Source: Pyrobaculum aerophilum str. IM2 (GTDB lineage Archaea; Thermoproteota; Thermoprotei; Thermoproteales; Thermoproteaceae). Taken from it: a DNA stretch of 32,000 bases. A program made the translations under genes and the position numbers. The DNA lies in NCBI RefSeq assembly GCF_000007225.1, contig NC_003364.1, positions 1,560,001-1,592,000 on the forward strand. The letters are read 5' to 3'. Position 1 is the first letter of the stretch, and every line of letters starts with the position of its first letter. Under the pieces are notes generated by a model. The model saw only the letters and a program-made list of their open reading frames with translations. It ran no database searches and had not been told where the DNA came from. Below, one piece after another: positions 1 to 7,485 of the stretch.

Positions 1-35
1 AACTCGGTTCTTGCCAGCGCTGAAATCCCCCCTTT

Positions 36-557
36 TTACGTTGAATTTAACATCTCGTACCGTCTTATAATTTTCAACTCTGTAGCGCTGAGCTTCCTCC
101 TAGCCACTTCAGACTTCTTTAATTCGCCCTCCCGAGCCGTCACCTTGTATATGGTGATCTCCCCGGGGTCTTCCCGCACGGCGTATCTGACCTCCTTGCC
201 CTCTATCAGCTTGGGGAAATCGGCGAGTTCCTCAACGGCGTAGTAGGCGGGAGTGTGAAGTATGGCGACTCTCTCCACATACGGAAGTAGAGACGCCACG
301 GCCTCGGCGAGGTCGTTTCTATAAGGCCCCATTAAAAAGAGGGCGTGTCTAGCGGAGTTGCGGAACTGCGCAGCGGGGACGGCCTCTACCCTCTTGCCCC
401 TCGCCATTAACAAGGCCGTAATGGCAGAGGCCATTGAGATACAGCTGGGCGAGTTTTCAAAAACTATAACCACGTCGTCTAAATCAGAGGCCATGTCGGC
501 GTATATTAAAGAGAGGACAGCTCTGTACTCCACCTCGGCCCCCTCCATTGAGGACAT
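36..557 (-). CDS. hypothetical protein (173 aa)
   Basis: Intact ORF whose codon usage resembles its neighbours. It is divergent from the merA-like gene. I can assign no motif. The overlapping + ORF 358..582 is judged a shadow ORF. Confidence 0.5.
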   Translation of the reverse strand: MSSMEGAEVEYRAVLSLIYADMASDLDDVVIVFENSPSCISMASAITALLMARGKRVEAVPAAQFRNSARHALFLMGPYRNDLAEAVASLLPYVERVAILHTPAYYAVEELADFPKLIEGKEVRYAVREDPGEITIYKVTAREGELKKSEVARRKLSATELKIIRRYEMLNST

Positions 558-602
558 TGCGAATACTAGTTTTAAACATTGAGGGGCGAAATCAAGTGAG
601 CA

Positions 603-610
603 TTAAAATA
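603..610 (+). promoter_or_regulatory. TATA-like box (ttaaaata) about 25 nt upstream of the ATG at 631, implying a leaderless-type start
   Basis: AT-rich box at the distance typical of archaeal TATA-to-TSS spacing. A short inverted repeat, TGCCA-gt-TGGCA (615-626), lies between the box and the start codon. Confidence 0.35.
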
Positions 611-630
611 CTGTTGCCAGTTGGCAGTAT

Positions 631-2034
631 ATGTATGACGTTGTAGTCCTCGGGGGCGGCAGCGCTGGCGTGGCCGCCGCCGTGAAGGCGGCGCAACTAG
701 GGGCTAAAGTAGCCGTTGTAAACTCAGGGCCTCTCGGGGGTACTTGTGTTAATGTTGGCTGTGTGCCCAGCAAATTTCTCATCAGAGCGGCTCAGCTAAA
801 ACGCTACGCAGAACGCCCCTTCTTCAAGGGCATTTCCGCCAAAGTGGAGGTGGCTTTTGACGCGCTGTTGCAACACATGAAGGAAGTGGTGGAGGAGTTG
901 CGCAGGGAGAAATACGAGGAGGTTTTGAAGTATTACGACGTCGACATTATAGAGGGATACGGCTACTTAAAAGATGCAAAGACCGTGAAAGTAGGGGAGA
1001 GGGAGGTGCGGGGCGAGAAGATAATAGTGGCCACTGGGGCCAGGCCTAGGGTGCCTGAGATCCCGGGCCTTAAAGAGGCCATGGCGCGAGGGATGGCCTT
1101 CACCAACGAGGAGTTTTTTAAACTTGATCATATGCCCAGCTCTATAGTGTTTATCGGCGGCGGCGCCATAGCCGCCGAGCTGTCGCAAGCGCTGGCGAGG
1201 CTGGGGATAGAGGTGGCCGTAATATACCGCAGCTCTTTTTTAAAATACGAGGAGGAGATTGCCTCCAAATTCGTCGAAGAGCTTTTAGCAAACGAAGGCG
1301 TCCGCTTAATAAAAGCCGCGGTCACTGCGGTGGAAATTAGGGGCAGGGAGGTGGAGGTGAGACACTCAGGGGGCTCCGTTAGGGCCGAGGCCCTCTTCGT
1401 GGCGGCTGGAAGGGCGCCCAATATTGAGCCGCTTGGGGGCCTCCTAAAACTGGGGCCTAACGGCGGCGTTTTAGTCAACGAGAGGATGGAGACCTCCCTC
1501 CCAGGCGTTTACGCCGCGGGAGACGTCACGGGGGGTTTAGAGGGCGCGCGCTTCTTAGAAAACGCCGCCGCCAGACAAGGCGTTGTGGCGGCGGTAAACG
1601 CCATGGGGGGAAATGCCAAGTTCAACCCCCTGGCGGTTCCCCGCGTGGTCTTCACAGATCCGGCAGTCGCCAGCGTGGGCCTCAGGGAGGAGGACATGAT
1701 TAAAGGCGGCATAGGGTGTCGTTGTAGAGCCGCGCCTATTGAGGCAGTCGCGGCAGGGTGGACTAAGGGGCAGACAACGGGGTTTATAAAAATCAACACA
1801 TACCCAGAGACTTGGAAAGTATCTGTAAAGAGGGGGAAAATAGCGGGAGCTTTAGTCGTTGCGCCGGAGGCAGAGGAGTTAATAAACGTCTTCGCCATGG
1901 CGATTCAGCTGGGGCTCACGGTAGAAGACTTGATTGAGTGGCTACCCAGTTTCCCCTCTTACGGAGAGGCCCTGAGGCTGGCCGCGCTTGCCTTTTATAC
2001 AGATCCCACTAAACTGAGCTGTTGCGGCGGGTAA
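631..2034 (+). CDS. merA: mercuric reductase-like pyridine nucleotide-disulfide oxidoreductase (MerA family, no N-terminal HMA domain)
   Basis: 467 aa. FAD fold VVVLGGGSAGVAAA; redox-active disulfide motif GGTCVNVGCVPSK; second dinucleotide fold VFIGGGAIAAE. The C-terminus, ...YGEALRLAALAFYTDPTKLSCCGG, carries a vicinal Cys pair like the MerA tail ...LSCCAG. Confidence 0.75.
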   Translation: MYDVVVLGGGSAGVAAAVKAAQLGAKVAVVNSGPLGGTCVNVGCVPSKFLIRAAQLKRYAERPFFKGISAKVEVAFDALLQHMKEVVEELRREKYEEVLKYYDVDIIEGYGYLKDAKTVKVGEREVRGEKIIVATGARPRVPEIPGLKEAMARGMAFTNEEFFKLDHMPSSIVFIGGGAIAAELSQALARLGIEVAVIYRSSFLKYEEEIASKFVEELLANEGVRLIKAAVTAVEIRGREVEVRHSGGSVRAEALFVAAGRAPNIEPLGGLLKLGPNGGVLVNERMETSLPGVYAAGDVTGGLEGARFLENAAARQGVVAAVNAMGGNAKFNPLAVPRVVFTDPAVASVGLREEDMIKGGIGCRCRAAPIEAVAAGWTKGQTTGFIKINTYPETWKVSVKRGKIAGALVVAPEAEELINVFAMAIQLGLTVEDLIEWLPSFPSYGEALRLAALAFYTDPTKLSCCGG

Positions 2035-2039
2035 ATCCC

Positions 2040-2069
2040 TTTTTGACGCGGCGGTATTAGGCAGTTTTT
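2040..2069 (+). terminator. two oligo-T runs (T5 at 2040-2044 and 2065-2069) just after the merA-like stop
   Basis: Archaeal terminators are typically oligo-T tracts, and these begin 6 nt after the stop codon. Confidence 0.35.
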
Positions 2070-2157
2070 GACGCCGTCGGGGAACACTCCTCATTCCTTT
2101 AATAAAGGCACAGTTTTTAACGGCGATTTTATAGTGGCAATTTATTCACAAATGATA

Positions 2158-2169
2158 TTTTTTATATAT
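2158..2169 (+). promoter_or_regulatory. TATA-like box (tttttatatat) about 26 nt upstream of the ATG at 2190
   Basis: Position and composition only. Confidence 0.4.
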
Positions 2170-2189
2170 GTATTTCGAGAATTATATAC

Positions 2190-2516
2190 ATGGAGATAGA
2201 TTACGCCGGGCTGAAGCACTTTGGCGTTGACGGCGAGCCGATAGGGGCGGATAGAGTCGGCGAGTTTCTCAAAATCCCCGGCGTTGTGGTAGACAAGCTG
2301 GCGCCGGGACAACACGTCGACTTTGTAACCCTGAGAGTTAGACATGAGGGAAAAGGCGTGGTCTCCTTCGCCAAGTCGCACCACGCCTTCGTCGAGCTGT
2401 TACGGCTTGAGCCAGGGGACGCCTTCCTTCTGTACTGCACATGCCCGATAGTGGACAAATTCCTAGTCATAACCAGAGAGGGAGAAACGGTTAAGCTGAT
2501 TTACAAAAGGCTTTGA
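2190..2516 (+). CDS. hypothetical small protein (108 aa) with a CTC motif (LYCTCPIV)
   Basis: The plus-strand frame has GC-rich third positions like the neighbouring genes and its own TATA-like box. The minus-strand alternatives (2142..2384, 2201..2470) look like shadow ORFs. The 3' end overlaps the convergent SQR-like gene by 16 nt. Confidence 0.5.
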   Translation: MEIDYAGLKHFGVDGEPIGADRVGEFLKIPGVVVDKLAPGQHVDFVTLRVRHEGKGVVSFAKSHHAFVELLRLEPGDAFLLYCTCPIVDKFLVITREGETVKLIYKRL

Positions 2517-3691
2517 GCCTCTAAAATTATTTTTTTCATCGCGTTCATCCACTGGTATTTCGCCTCGGCGTTTTCTCTTGAGGGGCCGTAGATATTTCGC
2601 CACAATATGTCGCCGTATATAGGCCACCACGCCTTTGCGCCTCTAACAGCCTCTTGGGGAGTTAGCCTAACGGCGTCTTCGCTGTATAAAAATCCCGGGG
2701 GTTTAGCCTCTAGCCCCATATCCTCTAATATTTTGGCGGAGGCCACTAACGCCTCATAAAAAGCCGCCCATCCGGTCTTTACCACGTGCCACACCACATC
2801 GCCTACTGCATATATATCGTCCCAGCCCAGCGCCCTCATATTGTCGTCTACTCTAATATAGCCAAATTCCCCCTCCCTCGCAAGCCCTGCCTCCACCAGC
2901 CACGGCCACCCCCTATGTGGAGGAGTCCACACGAGGCTGTCATATTTCACCACATCGCCGTCGTCTAATACCAACTCATTGGCCCGCACCTCCACCACCT
3001 CGTGTCCTCCGATAAAACCTATTCCCCTCTCTTCCATTAAAGAGGCTACCTTATCGCCCAGCCCGGATATTTGGTGTACAAACTCCGCCGGTATTTCCTT
3101 TACGCCCGAGACTACAGAGATCTCGGCCTGTGGATTTAGCCACTTTATTAAAAAGGCCATTTCATAAGGCGCAGAGGTGCATCGATAAGGCAAACCTGGG
3201 TGGGCAATTACCACGCGGCCGCGTGCATTTCTCAACGCGCCTATATTAGACAGGACGTTACTATCATCGTAAATATTTACATATTTTGCGCCCGGCTCAA
3301 TTGAGACATCCTCATACGCCAGCCTAATCCCCGGGGCCAGCACTAAATAGCGGTATTGAAAAACGCCTGCTGTAGTGTAGACAAGCCTATTGCCGGGATC
3401 CACTGCAAACGCCTCCCCCCTTATGTATTTCTCAAACCTCGTGGCATATTCCCCAGGCTGAGCCAAGCCGAGGACAATATCCTCCTTAGCAGGGCCCACG
3501 ACGTAATATTCGCCCCTCTCTATTACTACTACGTCTAAACCCTTTAGGTTTTTTACAATTGTAGATCCCGCGAGGCCTCCCCCCACTACAACCACGTCGG
3601 CTTTTCTAATACGGGGTCTTGTCAACAAATAGCCGCCGACAGCGCCCGCGGCAATGGCGGCGACGAATTTTAGAAAATCTCGCCGTTTCAT
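2501..3691 (-). CDS. Tat-signal FAD-dependent oxidoreductase, sulfide:quinone oxidoreductase / flavocytochrome-c sulfide dehydrogenase-like
   Basis: 396 aa. The N-terminus MKRRDFLKFVAAIAAGAVGG has a twin-arginine motif plus a hydrophobic segment. It is followed by the FAD fold VVVVGGGLAGS. YRCTSAPYEMA resembles the xKCPGAPxE motif of the SQR family, and AVGDV...KTG lies near the C-terminus. The protein has only one Cys. Its start forms an ATGA overlap with the upstream gene. Confidence 0.75.
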   Translation of the reverse strand: MKRRDFLKFVAAIAAGAVGGYLLTRPRIRKADVVVVGGGLAGSTIVKNLKGLDVVVIERGEYYVVGPAKEDIVLGLAQPGEYATRFEKYIRGEAFAVDPGNRLVYTTAGVFQYRYLVLAPGIRLAYEDVSIEPGAKYVNIYDDSNVLSNIGALRNARGRVVIAHPGLPYRCTSAPYEMAFLIKWLNPQAEISVVSGVKEIPAEFVHQISGLGDKVASLMEERGIGFIGGHEVVEVRANELVLDDGDVVKYDSLVWTPPHRGWPWLVEAGLAREGEFGYIRVDDNMRALGWDDIYAVGDVVWHVVKTGWAAFYEALVASAKILEDMGLEAKPPGFLYSEDAVRLTPQEAVRGAKAWWPIYGDILWRNIYGPSRENAEAKYQWMNAMKKIILEAQSLL

Positions 3692-4443
3692 AGACTATGA
3701 TAAGCGTGTACCGCTGGGTGGTAGAGGTGGATTAACACCTCAGGCACGGCGTATAACATAACGCCGCCGAAGAGAGAAGCCCAGAATTTATACGAGCTAA
3801 GTCCCCCCATTAAAGAGGCGGCCACTAAATTATTTCTAAACATGGCGTATACTATCAACGCGGCTGATCCCGCCTGTGCGGTCGCCAATATGAGCCTGGG
3901 GTATATGTCTGTAGAGAGAGGAGGCAATACCCAATATGAAAGCCAGCCGGCGGGGAAAGTTATGGCAGGTACGGGCCAAGTCTTAAGAGCTGATTTTGTA
4001 GACGACGCCACAGCCCTCAGCACGAAAACCTCAACTCCTGCGAAAGTTATTAAGCCTGATAACAACAGCGGCTCTGCCAGCTCTGAATATCTGGGTAAAG
4101 AGTATACAGCTGAGGCAATCATTAGGCCGTAGGAGTAGTTATACAGCCCAAGCCCCAGGGCTAGGGCATCGCCGGGGCTGACTTTAGTGCCAGCCCTTAG
4201 AAAAACTAGGAAAGCAGCCGAGGTTATAATTACTGCATATAAGAAAAGCGGAATGAGATTCACAGGCCAGGCTACTGCAAGAGACTTGGGGAGGGAAGAG
4301 GCGTTGCCCCCAGCCATAAGAGCCATATGAGCCGCGGCCCCGCCCGCAATTGCGTAAACATACGGCCTAGTCCCCACTCTGAGCAATGGGAAAAACAGAA
4401 AATAAACAAAGAGGAAAAAGAGGGGTTCTTTTATGAAAATCAT
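3688..4443 (-). CDS. polytopic integral membrane protein (about 8-9 hydrophobic helices), unknown family
   Basis: I place the start at the ATG at 4443, which forms an ATGA overlap with the stop of the 4440..5738 gene. The ORF-track start at 4530 would overlap that gene by 91 nt. The C-terminal tail is His-rich: HLYHPAVHAYHSL. Confidence 0.6.
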   Translation of the reverse strand: MIFIKEPLFFLFVYFLFFPLLRVGTRPYVYAIAGGAAAHMALMAGGNASSLPKSLAVAWPVNLIPLFLYAVIITSAAFLVFLRAGTKVSPGDALALGLGLYNYSYGLMIASAVYSLPRYSELAEPLLLSGLITFAGVEVFVLRAVASSTKSALKTWPVPAITFPAGWLSYWVLPPLSTDIYPRLILATAQAGSAALIVYAMFRNNLVAASLMGGLSSYKFWASLFGGVMLYAVPEVLIHLYHPAVHAYHSL

Positions 4444-5738
4444 CTCCCCCAGATTTTTAGCCACTCGCCAGAGGGAATAGCCACAACCCATACTGCGGCA
4501 TCTGCCTTGAAATGTTTTACTACGGACCATGTTGATGTGTCAAGAACGACTAATCCACCTGCCCCGGCGAGATAAAAATACTTACCGTCTTGGCTGAACA
4601 CCCCCTGCACCGCGCTCTTTAAGTAATCTGGAACTACTTTAACCTCTTTAATTACTTGGTATGACGGCGGAAGAGATCTCACGTATACCCCAACGCCTGA
4701 CACCACAGTAACTACCTCATCCCTGGCCGGATTTTCAACAGCCATATATGCTATAGACGGATAACTGACCTCTTTTATAAGCCACGCAGTACCTCTATTT
4801 ACATCTATTTCTAACACAGCCTCATAGGGCTTGGTCTCGCTCTGTAGTATTCCGTATTGTGGCTTGTAATAACTCCAATAAGTCATGAAGGGCTCTGTAT
4901 ACGTCTGCTCTCCTGGCTTCTTGAAATAATATCTAGCCACCTCTCTCCCAGAGGGCACTTCTAAAACTAAGCCGTATTCAGGTTTATTTGGATCTTGATC
5001 TGCTTTCACTGGTATAAAGACGTACTTCCCGTCTGGAGAAGGCGCGACGTCACACGGATTAGCGTCTAAATTTACCACGTTGACTATCTCCATTTTCTGG
5101 AGGTCAATAAACACCACCCTTTGGGCTTGTCTTTGGCTGATAATTAAATACCTGCCATCTGGCGTGACGCCGGCGTACTGTCTAGTGAATTTATCATAAG
5201 TCTTCATAAGCTTTATATCTCTAAACGTCACTCTGTCAATAAAGGCGACATATGAGCCGTTGGGGTTTTCAAATAGTAAAATAAAATACGGCAAATTCCC
5301 CAGGAAATATCTCGGCGTCCACGTCTCTAAAGTGCTGGGCTTTGCCAGTCCCTTAAGGGTAGCGTATAAAACCTCATACACTGGAGAGCTGAGGGTGTAT
5401 TTCAAATCGATTTTAGCCACTACGTCGTTAGTAGAGGGGTCAATAACATATGCGTATAGGACATCCCCCTCTCTTATAGCTGCGTATACCAGACCGCGCG
5501 GCTTTACTTGTTGTTGCAACGCCTTTATTTGCTCCTCCCTCTGGGCCAGCGTCTTGTTAAGCTCTGTTATTTTAGTCTGTAGTTGGGATAGCTCCGACTT
5601 AAGCGTATCGGCCTCGGCTTTGGCTTTGCTGAGTTCTTGGGATAACTGCGCCACTTGGGAGGCATATTGTGTATACACTGCGACTAGCGCTATGAGAAGG
5701 ACGACAATAATTACTACTAAGATATAAGTCGCCTTCAT
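4440..5738 (-). CDS. membrane-anchored coiled-coil plus beta-propeller (YVTN/lactonase-like repeat) protein
   Basis: 432 aa. N-terminal TM helix YILVVIIVVLLIALVAVY, then about 60 aa of heptad-like sequence (QELSKAKAEADTLKSELSQLQTKITELNKTLAQREEQIKALQQQ). Recurring propeller-type motifs follow: TPDGRYLIIS, SPDGKYVFIP, SQDGKYFYLAG. Confidence 0.7.
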   Translation of the reverse strand: MKATYILVVIIVVLLIALVAVYTQYASQVAQLSQELSKAKAEADTLKSELSQLQTKITELNKTLAQREEQIKALQQQVKPRGLVYAAIREGDVLYAYVIDPSTNDVVAKIDLKYTLSSPVYEVLYATLKGLAKPSTLETWTPRYFLGNLPYFILLFENPNGSYVAFIDRVTFRDIKLMKTYDKFTRQYAGVTPDGRYLIISQRQAQRVVFIDLQKMEIVNVVNLDANPCDVAPSPDGKYVFIPVKADQDPNKPEYGLVLEVPSGREVARYYFKKPGEQTYTEPFMTYWSYYKPQYGILQSETKPYEAVLEIDVNRGTAWLIKEVSYPSIAYMAVENPARDEVVTVVSGVGVYVRSLPPSYQVIKEVKVVPDYLKSAVQGVFSQDGKYFYLAGAGGLVVLDTSTWSVVKHFKADAAVWVVAIPSGEWLKIWGR

Positions 5739-5739
5739 A

Positions 5740-6804
5740 TTATCCGCCGCAGGCTAGGGCTATTTGTCTCTTGCCGCCTAGCTGCACTGCTACTCCAGAG
5801 GCGCCGCTTTTCACAGCCACGTCGTAAAGCATTACATCAAGCTGCACAGTGTGGACGTTAAGAGACGGCACGAGTATCATGTGTAGCGCGCTGTCGCCGA
5901 CGATATACACTAAGCTACAAGTGGGATCGGCCCTAACCCTCAATCCCCCTACGTCAAGTGTCTTTATTAGTGATAAGTCTGGAACTCTCAGGGCATACGT
6001 CTTATCTGCGGTGATCACCAACATTATGCCTCTACAAGCCCGTAGATATTGGACCTCCCCACCCACTGTGGCCCTGGATATCTGCTTGCCGCTGAATCTC
6101 TCAAAGGAAATTACGTCATTGCCCTTAGCCACAAAGAAGTAGTAGGCCCCTACGAATAGCTTATCGCCGCCAACTCCGAACTCCCTCAGCTGCTCAAGAT
6201 CTTCTGAGAGGACATAAAGTTTTTCTCCCGTTAGAACATATACCTCATTCTCATCTGGCATGGCCACTAGATCTCTCACATCACTGATTTTTTCACTACC
6301 CTTTTCCTCTAATTCAGGAACGCCGAGCCTATAGATACCCTCCTCGGCCCCAACATAAATATCATTCCCCATTAGTGATGCCGCCTTAATTCCCTTGATA
6401 TACAGTCTAGTATATATATCTTGACCTTTAATTACATATACATATTCAGAAGAAATAAATATAGTATATCCTGCGACATCGCCTACATAAATTATTTTCT
6501 CATTTAAATTTAGAGGTTGTACAAGTAATTGTGTACCCATGGGAGTTAACATAAGTGATTTGTCCGCAGTATATGCCACTAGGTAAATGTCGGGAGGTGG
6601 AGCCTGTGCCTCAGATAGTAGTTTATAGGCATATTGCAGAGTGCCTGTATGTACGTAATAACCCACGGCTATTCCTATGGCTAGCCCTATAGCAATTCCC
6701 AATAGGATGTAACTGCTACGTTTTTCCTTCTTTACAGGTTCTTCAAGCGGGATCTCGGCCATGATATGCCATGTCTCATAATTTAAAAAATATTTTGTTA
6801 ACAT
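5740..6804 (-). CDS. membrane-anchored beta-propeller-like protein ending in a C-terminal Cys-Gly-Gly tail
   Basis: 354 aa from the ATG at 6804. An alternative ATG at 6762 (MAEIPLEEP...) also has a TATA-like box about 26 nt upstream. TM helix YILLGIAIGLAIGIAVGYYV. The remainder is a repetitive beta-rich sequence (IYVG, VYVL, LFVG and similar). The C-terminus reads ...GGKRQIALACGG followed by the stop. The stop lies 1 nt from the next gene's ATG. Confidence 0.65.
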   Translation of the reverse strand: MLTKYFLNYETWHIMAEIPLEEPVKKEKRSSYILLGIAIGLAIGIAVGYYVHTGTLQYAYKLLSEAQAPPPDIYLVAYTADKSLMLTPMGTQLLVQPLNLNEKIIYVGDVAGYTIFISSEYVYVIKGQDIYTRLYIKGIKAASLMGNDIYVGAEEGIYRLGVPELEEKGSEKISDVRDLVAMPDENEVYVLTGEKLYVLSEDLEQLREFGVGGDKLFVGAYYFFVAKGNDVISFERFSGKQISRATVGGEVQYLRACRGIMLVITADKTYALRVPDLSLIKTLDVGGLRVRADPTCSLVYIVGDSALHMILVPSLNVHTVQLDVMLYDVAVKSGASGVAVQLGGKRQIALACGG

Positions 6805-6820
6805 GTTCTTAGTTCACTAG

Positions 6821-6840
6821 TTAATAACATATTTATATGG
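6821..6840. promoter_or_regulatory. shared AT-rich divergent promoter region containing the near-palindromic element CATATTTATATG
   Basis: It lies in the 52-bp gap between the divergent starts at 6804 (-) and 6857 (+), roughly 20-30 nt from each. Confidence 0.4.
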
Positions 6841-6856
6841 AAAATTGAGGCGAGAC

Positions 6857-7102
6857 ATGCCTAGCATTAAAAAAGTAGGTGATAATCTCTACGAGCTAGA
6901 CTTAAAGGGATATGTGTGTCCCTATCCGCAGATGTACACATCACAAGCACTGTCGAAACTGCCAAAGGGCAGTGTGTTAAAGGTTATAATAGATAATCCC
7001 CCCTCTATAGAGAACATAAAATCAGTGGCCCAGAAGGCCGGCGCAAAGTCTCTTCAAGTAGAGGCTAAGGGCGGCACGTGGGAGATCACAATTAACATAT
7101 AA
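6857..7102 (+). CDS. tusA: TusA/SirA-family sulfur carrier protein
   Basis: Canonical motif LDLKGYVCPYPQMYTSQAL (Cys-Pro-x-Pro) at the TusA position, followed by VLKVIIDNPPSIENI. I prefer the ATG at 6857 over the TTG at 6845, which sits only about 11 nt from the TATA-like box. Confidence 0.8.
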   Translation: MPSIKKVGDNLYELDLKGYVCPYPQMYTSQALSKLPKGSVLKVIIDNPPSIENIKSVAQKAGAKSLQVEAKGGTWEITINI

Positions 7103-7109
7103 TTAACTT

Positions 7110-7484
7110 ATGAAAGTAGGCGTAATCTTAACCTCTGACGACCCTGTGAAGCTGTACGAGGCTGGGACATATATAGCAACAGAGCTGGCCAGGGGGAATG
7201 AGGTGGTCGTTTTCGTCACGGGGAGGGCCACGTTGGCATTTGCGGGGAGGGCTGAGGTCTCGGAGACTCCGGAGGTTAAGAGGATGAAAGAGCTTCACGT
7301 AATGTGGGATGAGCTCTTCTCAGCTGCGAGGCCTATGGGCGTTAAGGTAATTGCGTGTGAAACCGCTAGTAAAATATTCGCAGTGGGCGAGGAGGAGTAC
7401 AAGAAAACAGGACTTGTAGACGTTGTGTCTTCTATGTATACCTTCTTAGAAGAGGTGGGCGAGGGAAGGGTTGTGGTGTTTTAA
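7110..7484 (+). CDS. DsrE/DsrF-like sulfur relay family protein
   Basis: 124 aa. The N-terminus MKVGVILTSDDP...VVVFVTGRA has a DsrE-like Rossmann-type beta-alpha pattern, and there is a single conserved-looking Cys in VIACETASKIF. It lies between tusA and yeeE with 7-nt and 1-nt gaps. Confidence 0.65.
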   Translation: MKVGVILTSDDPVKLYEAGTYIATELARGNEVVVFVTGRATLAFAGRAEVSETPEVKRMKELHVMWDELFSAARPMGVKVIACETASKIFAVGEEEYKKTGLVDVVSSMYTFLEEVGEGRVVVF

Positions 7485-7485
7485 T

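Noticed and set aside
615-626. Inverted repeat TGCCAgtTGGCA as a stand-alone regulatory feature
   Set aside because: A 5-bp half-site palindrome is expected by chance many times in 32 kb. It is kept only as a comment under the merA-like finding.
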